Source: Azolla caroliniana (lineage: Eukaryota > Plantae > Polypodiophyta). Taken from it: 64,000 nt of DNA. The stretch covers positions 10,726,001 to 10,790,000 of the forward strand of contig JBHGNT010000009.1 of the NCBI GenBank assembly GCA_043228905.1. The letters are read 5' to 3'. Within the stretch, counting starts at the first letter, position 1, and each line of letters starts with the position of its first letter. The notes below the pieces were generated by a model, which saw nothing but the letters and a program-made list of their open reading frames with translations, was not told the origin of the DNA and made no database searches. The translations under genes were made by a program, and so were the position numbers. This document shows, in pieces, positions 10,905 to 22,800 of the stretch.

Positions 10905-13186
10905 ACATTGTCGGTGCCGTCTTCAGTCTGAACATCATCATGACCGCTACGAAGACTCCCCATTTGTGACGAATGTTGTTTTCTCCTGATCGTCTGAGTG
11001 CATCCTGATTTGGTTATATCCGCTGAACCCATCGAGGAAGCTATACACCTCGTGGCCTGCTACCACATCCAAGAATCCATCCATGAATGGGAGCGGAAAT
11101 GCATCGGTGACAGTGGCAACATTCAATTTCCGGTAATCCACACAAACCTAGATCTTTCCGTTCTTCTTCGGTAGCACCACAATCGGGCATAGCCAGGTGG
11201 TTTTCTTCACCGGCCGGATGAACCCAACCCGTAACAACTTGTCGATCTCCTCTTTTACTTTAGGCACATAATTTAGATTCATCTGGTAACATCTCTGCGC
11301 TACCGGTTTCACATCCTTGCTTAAATGAATCTGGTGCTGATATAATTGCGGGTCCAGTCCCCACATGTCTTCATAGGACCACGCAAATACGTCCCAGAAT
11401 TCTTTCAATAATGTGACCATTGCTGATTTCTCCTCCGGTGGCATTTCTTTGGCCACATGCACTGGTCTTGTTTCTTCGTTGGTTCCCAAATTCACTTCTT
11501 CCAATTGTGATGCTTTCACCCATTGTGATACCGCCATCTCCCGCGCTAGGGCCTCTTGTGCTTGTTGCAGTTCCCGGATTGCGTCCCTATCCGGCTCCTC
11601 ACCGGCATCCTCTGGTTGCACAATATATGGGGAGACTGCCTTTGCAACGTCCATTTTGAACAGAGGGACCATTCTTAGGTTTTCATCAAGGTAGCGATCT
11701 ACCTCCTCATCGCCAAGCCCTTCTTGCATATAACGGTGTTACTTTCTCCTTGCCTGGGCCCGCTTGAGGGTGCGTGGGTACTCTTACCTTAGTTTTCCCC
11801 CTTCGGAACATAATGTTGTTCTTCTGCCAGTTTTGTTTGATGTGGACGGTCTGTAACTGTGGTTGTCCCAGCAACAATGGATATGCTCCCTACGCGTTCA
11901 ACTGGAGGACGACGACAGAAATCCGAAAAGCATGGCCTCCGATTGTCACCTCCAAATCCCGGATTAATCCGGCCGGTCGTATTGAGCTGGTGTCCGCCAT
12001 CTGGAGCCAGAACGAGCATGGTTCCCATTCTTGGATTCCAAGAGTGTTGCATGTTTGGAGGCTTATAACGTTTACTCCCAATCCGCCATCGACGATCGTC
12101 CCCGGTACTTCCCGTCCTTTGATAATGGTGGTGATTGCGGGACTGCTGGTATCCACCACTACTGGCCCTTCCTCCGGATTTGAAAAGAACTCCGGAGTCG
12201 GTGTGGGGCTTGGTGGGGCCAATGCCGATTTTAAACCATCGGTGAATCGGGGTACCAATTGCAGTAACTGACCCAGTGGTAGCATGATCTAGCATTCCTG
12301 TAATGCTTTCCACGTGGGGTTCTTCTGCTGTGTCGTCTCTGTAGGTTCCTCCAATGCGTTCCTTTGCTCCTTCAGTTCAGGGATATTCTGTTCGTTTGCC
12401 TTTTCGATCCATTCCATAGCTTGTTTGCGGATAGCTTCCTGAGCCTCCCATTGGGCCATCTTTTCCTTGGATCTAGTGGTGACTTGCTGGATGTCTGCCA
12501 CTTCCGCGACCACCATGTTGATTGCTGGTCATTTTTCGTTACTCTTTACTGGACATTGGTTGTTGTAGTGTCCCTCTTGGCGGCAATAGTAGCAATACGC
12601 CTTCTGTGTATTGCTAGACTCTGCATTTTGCATGTTACCCAGTTGAAATCCGGATACTGCCCGGTTAGGCTCCTCTGCTCTTCTTTGTTCCGTTTGAGCA
12701 CTAGTTATGCTTCTATCCGGTTCTCGTTGGTAATCCTTTGCTGGTTCCTGATGATGCTTTTCTGAGCGTTCCGTTTTTTACTATAGCGTCGGTTGTTCTG
12801 GTATCCTTGCTGGCGCCGGTCTTCATAGTCTCCCCATTGATCCTCTCTTCTCCGATTATAGCCGGGGAAGTAATCTCGATCATAACGATCACCATTATAG
12901 TCACGGTTTCTCTCACTCCAGTCCCGGTCATAATCATCTTGTTAGTCACTGTATCAAACGTCTTGTATCGGTCAATAGCGATCATCTCGCCAAAATCGTT
13001 CTTCTTCGTCTTCCCGGTGTGCTGGACTAGTGCAGCTTGCCGATTTAGCAGGTTGTACTCGCAACGATCCATTGTGTGTGACCGGGAATGGCATAACATG
13101 CACTGTGATCTCATCATGCACTCTATTGTTGAGTGCTCGGGATTAAGGCATGTCGTACATTGTTGAGTGCTCGGGATTAAGGGATT
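10905..13186 (-). pseudogene. Fragment of a different Ty3/Gypsy element (D): gag zinc knuckles, protease and N-terminal RT
   Basis: Motifs CTTCLNPEHSTIEC/CMLCHSRSHTMDRC, IVDGGLGVNVI and DYRKLN...LDGFSGYNQI. Broken frames. RT is interrupted by element B at 10904/10905. Confidence 0.8.
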
Positions 13187-15147
13187 AAGGCTGCTTTTTG
13201 TTGCTCCACGCAACAACCACGCTACCTAGAGAAAACATATAACTGGAGGTGGATCGGGGATCCAATGCATCACTAGCCCAATCAACATTTGTGTATCTGA
13301 CTAGCTCTTTAGTTATACCATGTCGGTATAATAGTCCTCGGTCCTTCGTACTACTCACATACCGCAATATTTGATGTGTGCACTGAAGCTGCTCCACGGT
13401 TGGCTTCTACATGAATTGGCTGATCACATCGACCGGATAACAGATGTCGAGTCGGGTGATTGTCAAGTATATCAGGCTTCCGACTATTTGTCGGAACCGT
13501 TTCTCACCGCAGGCCGGTCTGGAGTTGGGACAAAGCTTTTGATTCCGGTCTAGGGGTGTGGAGACAGGTCGGCATTCTGTCATGCCGAACTTGTACAACA
13601 TATTCAACACATAGTGTCGTTGTGAGAGCAATAGGGTTCGGATCACCTCGATCCCAAGGAAATAATGAAGGTTCCCCAGATCCTTCATCTGAATTGCGTC
13701 CGACAGCTAGGCCTTGACACGGCCGATTTCATTGAGTCTGGGTCCGGTGATGACTAAATCATCTACATAAAGTAAGATGCAAACCAGACCGTCCGGACCG
13801 TGCCGGATGAACAATGATGAGTCGGATTTAAAGGTCACAAACCCCATCTTACGCAACCGGTGCGTGATCTTTGCATTCCAAGATCGGGGGGCTTGTTCTA
13901 GACTGTAAAGCAACTTCTTAAGCCGGCACACTGCAAACTTGTTCATCTCCGACTGAAAACCGGGAGGTTGGATCATATAGACTTGTTCTTCAAGGTCACC
14001 TTGAAGAAACACATTCTTAACGTACATCTGGTGAAGATGCCACCCCCTCACTGTAGCAACCGCTAGTACCACACGAACCGTCGTCAACTTTGCTACTGGA
14101 GGAAAGGTCTCATTGTAGTCGATTTCGTGGGTCTATGCATATCCCTTCACCACTAACCGGGCCTTGTACCGGTTAACCGAACCATCGACATTGTAATTTA
14201 CCTTGTACACCCATTTGCAACCGATCTATTTACAATGTCGGGGAGGGTCAACGAGGTCAAATGTGTCGTTGGAATCGAGTGCCCACATTTCTTCTTCCAT
14301 AGTAGCACGACAATTTGCGTCCTTTGCCGCTTCTGCGTAGCTCTCCAGTTCACGCACTTCCACCACTTTGGTCATGTATGCATAGTGATGCGCCATGTAC
14401 TCATTGTACCCGTACCGTGTAACGGGGTTCTTCTGGCGGGAAGACTGGTGTAACTTGTCATCACCCGGTTTGGGGCCCTTCTTGGCCGGTTCAGACTTCC
14501 TTTCTGAAGATTCTCCTTCCTCCTTTCCGGGGTCAGATCCGCTCCGATCCGACCATTCACTACCGGTATCGTATTCCGGCATCTTCTTCTTCCCCTTCTC
14601 TTTGAGCGTGAACCGTCTCCTCGGTTCCTTGCGCAGGGAAAGCATGGCAGAGTCTCCACTACTCGCCGGTTCCTCATCCGATTAGTCACTTTGACCTAGT
14701 CGCTCATTCGGTCCGCTCACCCGAAACGATTCCGGACTCTCTTCTAGAGTCTCAAGCTCGTCATCTTCTATTTGGACTGGTTCAAGCTCACTGTCCTCAT
14801 CCTCAGGGATTGGGTAAAAGTCGGTAGGGAGTACCACGATGCCGTCTCATCGAACTCAACATCTCGGCTTACTTGAACCTGCTTCGTTCGGGGGTTATAG
14901 CAGTTATACCCCTTCTGCTCATGTGAGTAACCGACCAGGATGCACTTCTCCGACTTCGGATCAAGCTTCCTTCGCTTCTCATCCAGTACATGCACATATG
15001 CTATGCTGCTGAATATCCAAAGGTGTCTCAAATTCGGCTTGCGCCCGAAATATAGCTCGTGTGCTGACACCTTGTCATCGATCCAGTTTTGGATGTAGAC
15101 GGCCATTGGGACCGCCTCAGCCCAGTAGAAATGGGGCATGCTCTTCT
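13187..15147 (-). pseudogene. Copia element E remnant (integrase end, RT, start of RNase H)
   Basis: Motifs FYWAEAV, KLDPKSEKCILVGY, LYVDDL, MKDLG and AWSNKKQ. Multiple stops. Confidence 0.9.
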
Positions 15148-16150
15148 TGTGAAAGCGTATGTGCGGAAGCGTAAGGAAACAACTTGGCTGGTTACACAGA
15201 ATACAGAGAGTACTCGGGAGAGACAGAGAGAGCAGAACAATAATCTAAATTCAAAAATTATATCAACACTCTGTACATACAACGTGCTCAACAACACTAT
15301 TTATACAAGTCCTCATGGGACTGACAAAAGTACAACGTACTTCAATGCTCACTCGAGTGTTTGGCACTGACTACGAGACTATTAACTCCCTAGTAGTCTA
15401 GTTGCTACTAGGCTTCCGATTACTGATGGATCCGGCTAACCGGTTCCCCAGCTCACTGGGTCACTGATCCAGCTCATCCTTCCGGATGCCGATCCGGCTT
15501 AGGCTTATTCAGTTGATCTGGATCCGGTTGAGCTTGCTGCTCAACACTCCCCCTCAAGCTCAACTTGAGGTCGGATCGTAGTATCAGTCTCCATGGTAGC
15601 CAGTCCTTCCACCTGGCTCCTTCTGGCGTCACTCCACCTCGCTTGCACTCCTCGTCTAGTCCGGTCCCATTTGCCACGACCCTTCTGTTGCTACGCACCT
15701 CGACCTCCTCGGTCGGCTTGTCTGCTCAACAGGCCCAATTCAGTTCCCTCGCTGCTGTGACTTCGGCTCTTGCCGATTCGCCGATTCCTTCGTGTTGGCG
15801 TTGACTTTCATTGCCTTCTCGTCCTCTTGGTCTTGAATTGATCCAGTTCTTCCAAATCCTTCTGTAGAACCGAATCGGCTACCGAATCGTTCTAGCTCTT
15901 GTCCGAATCGGTCGCTCCCGATTCGTCTTCTAGTTCTAGGCCTTCTTCTTCTGGTTGGCTCTGTCCTTCTTGACTCTACCTCCGCTGCCGCTTGTTCCGA
16001 CTTGTTCGGATGTGTCAACTTCCTTTGTCGAGTCGGCTCCTTTCTTCTTCTTGTCTCCCCGTTTGTCAGTTCTTCCCTCACCGGCACAATCGGCAGTCTC
16101 TTTGCCTTAGCCCGTTCCGGTGTCTTTGCCCATTCTCCCCCTCAAGTTGA
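15148..16150 (-). mobile_element. 3' end of a Copia element (3' LTR 15148-15546, PPT, 3' region), probably the distal end of Copia G
   Basis: TG...CA LTR followed on the plus strand by CTCCCCCT (PPT). A second TTGAGGGGGAG (minus strand) near 16140 matches the typical end of Copia RNase H. Confidence 0.7.
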
Positions 16151-16159
16151 CAGGAATTG

Positions 16160-16622
16160 CATGCTCCCTATGCGCAATGCTCTGCCACAACCGAGCTTAG
16201 AAACATACACAGAAAAAAAACGGGGAATGGATACATGACACAAAAGGAGAGAAGAGTACACAGGATGTTTAATGTGGAAAACCCTAAGAGGGAAAAACCA
16301 CGGGAGTCCATAGACTCCAAACAAATGAATAGACACTTATTTATAGGTCCTTATGGAGTATTCTAGAATGTTCTAGAATATTTTAGATATTTATGATATT
16401 TAATATAATCATGGAATATCCTAGATTGTTCTAGAATACTCTAGATTGTTCTGGAATACTCTAGAATGTTCTAGAATACTCTAAATGTCTTGTAATAACT
16501 AATAATACATTTATTATAACTATACATCATATATGTTAGTATAATGGTTAAAGGTCTAACATATAGACCAAGACGTCTTGGGCTCGAATCTTTGTAAGGC
16601 TAAAATGTATGTCGTCATGACA
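16160..16622 (-). repeat. LTR-like segment (solo or truncated LTR)
   Basis: Starts TGTCATGA on the minus strand and contains TTCTAGAATA repeats. Its 3' part resembles the LTR at 18734-19281. Left boundary uncertain. Confidence 0.55.
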
Positions 16623-17789
16623 ACGTGAGGCTCGATTGAGGAACAAGGAGATTTTTGATAAAAAGCATCGTCTTCGTCTAAGAAAAATTGAAGAAGGAGA
16701 TTGGGTACTTGTCTATGATAGCAGCCTTGATAATCAACATAGCACTACTAAAAACTTCGTGAAACGATGGTTTGGCCCATACGTGGTTAAGGAAATTTAA
16801 AACAATGCAAACTGTTTTCTAGCGGAGTTAGATGGAACTCGATTTGCTTTGCCGATTGCAGGGAAGAGAATTAAGATCTTTAAGAGAAGAGAGACCACAA
16901 GTCCTCAAATCGAACCTCTAGACTTCGAGGTTCAAAAAGAATAAACAATAGTAGCTAACAATCAATGCACATACTGGAGTATGTGCAGGTTTGGTGGGGG
17001 TGGATGTCGTGATGTTTCTAACACATAGTGTGAAACCACTCTTGAAAAGAAGTAAAATAGTACTTCAAATAAACTAGTATTGTGAAGTCAACTTTATTGG
17101 TAGAAAAAATACTTTTTCATTTTCCAAAGATAATTCATTATAAATAAATGGTCAAAGGATTGAACCTTACAATAAATAATGATGAATATTAAGTTAGAGG
17201 CAGTTTTCAAAAGTAGACAAAAGTAGAGAAAAAGATAGAGAGAGAAAAAAAAAAGCATGCATGGATATAAGGAGCACAGTAGAGAAAAAAACTCATAATT
17301 TCCTCGTCAGATGTCCAAATTAAAAGAGAAAAGACGCATAAGAAAGCTAACCCAAGAGCTTCCCAAGAATATCTTGCATGTGAAATGTGGGACTAGAAAA
17401 CAGAAATAATGAGGAAAAGAAAAGTCGACTCATATAGACAAGTTTTTGTTTTAGGGGAAAAAGGCAAGCAATCCTAAACCTATAAATAAGAGCCTATACT
17501 AGTAAAGAAGGGGGGGAGGGAGAAGGAACGTGGAAGCTCTACTCAATTGGAAAGTGGAAGAAGAAGGATCAACAACATCGAGAGGCATCATCAACAAAGA
17601 AACTCCTTCTATACTCCACTCTCTTCTTTCCTCCACCTCTCTTCCCGCATTCATTTATAAACAATCCTTCATATTCGCATCCAACCCATTGTAACATGAT
17701 TCTTATATTATAAAAGAATCTATTATATTGATAAGAACTAATGTTTTCTTTCATCTACTTGTCTTATGTGTAAATCTTGATTGTGCTTA

Positions 17790-18560
17790 TTTGTTATCGT
17801 CATTTGTGCTTATTTGTTTGTGTGTCTTGTGACAAGGGAGCGTTTCGGGCTTGCCCATGCACCTCTCCTTTCACAAAGGCATTCAAACCTACATGTCTTA
17901 TATGTTATCGTTGTTTGTGCTTATTTACTTGTGTGTCTTGTGACAAGGGAGCATTTCGGGCTTGCCCATGCACCTCTCCTTTCACAAAGGCATTCAAACT
18001 TATGTGTCTTGCGTGTTAGTGTAAATCTTGCTTGTGTGTTCATGCGACTTGTGGCAAGGGAGCATTCGGGCTTGCCCATGCACCTCTCCTTTTACAAAGG
18101 CGTTCGAAATCGTGTCTCCCGTGTGTAAACCTTGCTTGTGTGTTCGTGCGACTTGTGGCAAGGGAGCATTCGGGCTTGCCTATGCAGCTCTCCTTTCACA
18201 AAGGCGTTTGAAATTGTTTCTCCCATGTGTAAACCTTGCTTGTGTGTTCGTGCGACTTGTGGCAAGGGAGCGTTCGTGCTTGCCCATGCATCTCTCCTTT
18301 CACAAAGGCGTTCGAAGTTGTTTCTCCCATGTGTAAACCTTGCTTGTGTGTTGGTGCGACTTGTGGAAAGGGAGCGTTCAGGCTTGCCCATGCACCTCTG
18401 CTTTCACAAAGGCGTTCAAAATTGCATCTCTCGTGTATAAACCTTGCTTGTGTGTTCGCGTGTTTTGTAACAAGGGAGCGTTCGGGCTTGCCCATGCACC
18501 TCTCTTTTCACAAAGGCATTCGAAACTCTATCTCTCGTATGTGTAAGTAAGTCTTTTCCT
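17790..18560. repeat. Tandem array of about 104-118-bp units (about 7 copies) inside LTR H
   Basis: Recurrent CAAGGGAGCRTTCGGGCTTGCCCATGCACCTCTCCTTTCACAAAGGC. ORF starts recur at 104-bp intervals. Confidence 0.9.
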
Positions 18561-18733
18561 TGTGTGTCCATGTGTAAGCCTTCCTCACGTGCATTCGTTC
18601 GCCTTGTGACTAGGGGTTGATTCAGGCTTGGCTATCCACCTCTCCTTTTCACAAACATGTTCGAATACTCGTGCCTTGTTTGTGTAAGCCTTCCTTGTGT
18701 TGTGCGTGTAAGCCCTATTTACTTCTCGTCCAT

Positions 18734-19622
18734 TGTTGGGAAATCGGTCCCTCCGAAGGGGATCCGGTGATGAATAAAGAGAACCAAGTGAGAACCGGAA
18801 GAGATCTAGAAACCAGAGGAGACCCTGTGAGAACCGGAAGAGAAGACATATTTGTAAATATGTTTTGAGTAAGCTTATTGAGGCTATATTTGTAAATAGC
18901 CCTAAGTTCATATAAGTATAAATATGACTTAGGGCAATCACTTTGTACGGTGGTTGTTATTGTCATATTGTTGTATAGAGAGAGCGATAGATAGAGAGAG
19001 AGTGAGAGAGAGTGAGATACAGAGCGATACTCTATTGTAACCGCGGGTTGGCGAAGATATAGAGCTCAAGGTCATTGCCTCCGAGGTTCTAATTGTATCT
19101 TTCTCCTATAGTGATAGTTGGAGTCCGTGGGTTCCCGTGGTTTTTCCCATTTTGGGTTTTCCATGTAAACATCTTGTGTATTTCCTTTGTGTACTCTTCA
19201 TTTCCCATTTCTGTGTTTCATTCCAAGTGAAGTGTTCAAGACTCAGTTGTGGACAAGCAATATTCCGCACTATGCTCAACAAATTGATATCAGAGTGAAC
19301 AACACAGGAAATGGAAGAATCATTCAGCGGCATGTTCAAGCTCACCGGCTCTAACTACTCAGTGTAGAAGTCGAAGATGAGGGATATGCTGGTGGTTAAA
19401 GATCTTTGGTTGCCGGTTCAATTCGGGGACAAGAGACCGGATAAGATCGACACTACAATGTGGGAGGTGATGCACATGAAGATGAGGGCCTACATCCGAT
19501 GCTTCATCAACATCCCGTGTATTTCCTTTGTGTACTCTCCATTTCCCATTTCTATGTTTCATTCCAAGTGAAGTGTTCAAGACTCGGTTGTGGTCGAGCA
19601 ATATTCCGTGCTATTCTCATCA
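18734..19622 (+). mobile_element. Internally deleted Copia element inside LTR H
   Basis: LTR 18734-19281, a degenerate Met PBS and the gag start (MEESFSGMFKLTGSNY), then a jump to the last ~110 bp of the 3' LTR. TSD TCCAT on both sides. Confidence 0.85.
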
Positions 19623-19831
19623 TCCATAACCCCGGCTGTTCCACCTCATGATCCGCACATAGTGGCGGATTTTCACGACACCGGTGATAATTAAATCATC
19701 AACATAAAGTAAAATACTAACCGGTCCATGTCAACTTTGCCGGATGAACAATGAAGAGTCCTATTTGGATGTTGCAAACCCCATCCGGCACAGGCACTGC
19801 GTGATCTCCGTAGAGGGACTTCTTTAGCCGG

Positions 19832-22800
19832 TGTCGCGTTGTTACGCGCGTGCGTGTAGAAAGAGGCGGGACCACGGGGGTCTTGGACCAAGGAGAGAGA
19901 GAGATACACAGAGAAGAGTTAAGAGCGAGAAACAAGAATCCAATTACTAAAATCAATAGCTTACAACTCCAACAGTTACAACCGACAACCCGGTAATGGG
20001 CCCGACATGGGGTCCCACTCACACACACACACGACTGCCACACAACTCCAGGAACCAAGCGGGAGAGCCTCTGCTTGACGCACACGGGCTATCAACGAAG
20101 CAGAGGCAGCGAACTCCCGACACCTACAGAGACCGACGACTGGAGGAGGAGAAGAGAGAGCTCGGCACTTCGTTCTGCAGCAGCACCCCTCCCCTTTCCC
20201 AACGCGCGATCCCCTTTTCTCTTGTCCTCTTCCCTTTATTCCCTGTCCCTCTGACAGGGATACACACAATCCCCGCCCCCTAATAAATGCGTGCGACTTA
20301 GTATTTATCTCCACCGATTCGTGTACAAAATACCAAGTCACGCGCCCATCCGTGTAAGGGCCGGTTTATGCGCTTTCTCTCCGATTCCGCCTATGGACGG
20401 TTTTCTTCACGACATCCACCCCCACCAAACCGCGCATCCACCGGTATGCGCCAGAGATGGGTAGATATCGAAGAAACCCGGCCTCACTCGTTGCTCTCCG
20501 ATTCTCCGCCGGACACGAACTGATCGTCGTTGTCGCTCCTGCTCGCAGGCTCCGGCTCGTCTTTGAACCGCTTTTTGAACGCTTTGATCCGCTTTCCGGC
20601 CACCGGCACTGCTAACCATGTCCCGTCGAGTTCCGCGAGGTGGTACGTGCCGTTGTCGTTCGCGCTCATCACCGTGTAGGGCCCAAACCATCTCCTAGTA
20701 AACTTTCGCACCGCCTTGTGCTGATTGTCGAGGCTGTTGTCGTATACCAAGACCCAGTCGCCTTCCTCGATCTTCTTTGGTCGCAATCGGTGCGTCCGGT
20801 TGACCCAAATCTTGTTCCACTCCCTTGCCGCTCGCAGCCTTTCCTTCGCCTGTATCACGTCCTCCGGCCTCCGCTCGAGTTGCCAAATCCGCGCCGCCAG
20901 CAACTCCTCCCGGCTCATTTCGTCCTTCCAACCTACCGCCGCCCACGAAAAACCGTCTGCTCCACCGGCATGATCGGCTTTTGTCCGTACATCAGCTCCG
21001 CCGGCATAAACCCTGTTACCGAACTGTGCGTAGTTCGGTCCGCCCATAGTGCGTAAGGAAGGAGTCGCGGCCAATTCCCGACCTGCCCACCACATGCACG
21101 CACCAACGCCTTTACAATCGGTCCGTGCCCACGTTCCACCTTTCCGTTCGCCTCCGGATTATACGCCGTGGTGAGGGAGAGTTTGACGCCTAGCCGGTCG
21201 AACAGCTCCTCGGCCTCCCGCGCATCTAGCTCTCCCCGGTCCGCCACGATCCTCCTAACGCACCCGTACCGACACACTACTTCTTCGATCAGGAACCGGC
21301 ATACCGCCGCAGTTGTCTTGCTTTGCAGTGCACGGCCTTCCACCTGGTTCGTTAAGTCTTCTCGTGCAAGCACCATGTACCGCATCTGTCCTACCCCCAT
21401 CGGCATCGTCACCAAGTCCACCATCCACTGGAAGTGGACCGTAGGCGGGTAGGTCGGGTGTTGCTCATCCCGGTGTCGGACTACGGAGTGCATCTGACAG
21501 CTTTCGCAAGTCGTTACGAACCGATGCACGTCTTGGTACAGCCCCGACCACCAGTACTTCTCCTTCAGCTTCTCGAAGTGGCCCACATTCCGCGGTGTCC
21601 GGCCTAGGGGCTCTCGTGAAATGCCGCCAGTAGTTTCCCCTGTTCTTCTTTCTTTGCCACTACTCGGAGTGGAATGCCGCTTTTCTTCTTTGGGTGCCTC
21701 CATATGCACTCGTCCCGCAAGAAGAATCTGTACGCCTTCCTCTGTATCCGGTTCTCCTCCTCTCTCGCCCATGTTGCATCTGGCGTCATCGACCGTAGGA
21801 ACCTCCGATTTGGAGCCACTCCCCGTCGTACCTCCTCTCGTCAAATTCATTAAGTGCCAGAGTGTTCCCTTTTCTCGTCGTTACGTTAGCCGACCCGAAG
21901 AAGTCCTCACCGACTTCTTCGTCATCCGAAACCATGTCGTCATCATCGTTGAACCTTGCCCTCGAAAGCATGTCGGCCATGGCGTTGTCCTTTCCGGAGA
22001 GGTGCCGTATCTCCGGGTTCAGGGACTTAATGTACGCTATCCACCGGAGCATTGCTAGGTCCAGCGTCGCGCATCCGGAAACCATGTCGAGTATCGGCAG
22101 GCAGTACGTCTCGATGATCACGTCCGTCCCAATCAGATAATCCTTGTCGGCCTTAACTACCGAAATGACACCCCAAAGTTCGCGCTTAACTTGGGCGTAC
22201 CCTCTCTGTCGCTCGCTCAATACCTTCGCCCCGAATAGGATCGGGAATCGTACGCCGCCCTTGTCCTCCTGACTGATTACCCACCCGATCCCGGTCGGGC
22301 TGGTGTCCACTGTTACACAGATGGGAACATCCTTGCCGTAAACTGCTTTACGGAGAGCCGGCGCTACCGTAAGCGCCTCCTTTAGTCTCCGAACCGACTC
22401 TGTGTGCTCCGTTCTCCACTCAAAGCTACGCCCCTTTTTCAATAGTCCGTAGAGGGGTTCCGCGACATGTGCGTAGTGCGGGATCCAGATGTGGTAGAAC
22501 GCGCATGCCCCCAAGAATCTGCAGACCTCCGTGACCGACCCGCAATTGTTCCTCATCGCGGAGATGGCCTTTACCTTTGCCGGAGACGGTTTCCTACCGT
22601 AAGGCCCGAACAGGTGTCCGACCACCAAGATCTCCGATTGTCCGAAGGCCGACTTTTCCCCGGAGAAGGTGAGCCTCGCGCGTTCTAGTCTCTGCAGCAC
22701 CTTCTCGCAGTCATCGATGTGGGACGCCACGAAATTGCGACATCTGTCCGGCCTGATTGCCTCGTCCCTTTTCTCCACCGGGCATCCCCTGATCGGGATG

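Larger units (their letters stand above)
16623..19680 (+). mobile_element. 3' portion of a Gypsy element (H) related to A, B and C: integrase C-terminus, PPT and long LTR 17005-19680
   Basis: Reads IEEGDWVLVYDSSLDNQH...WFGPY...AELDGT. PPT GGTGGGGGTGGA lies before TGTCGTGA at 17005; the LTR ends TCACGACA at 19680 and is followed by CCGG. Confidence 0.8.
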
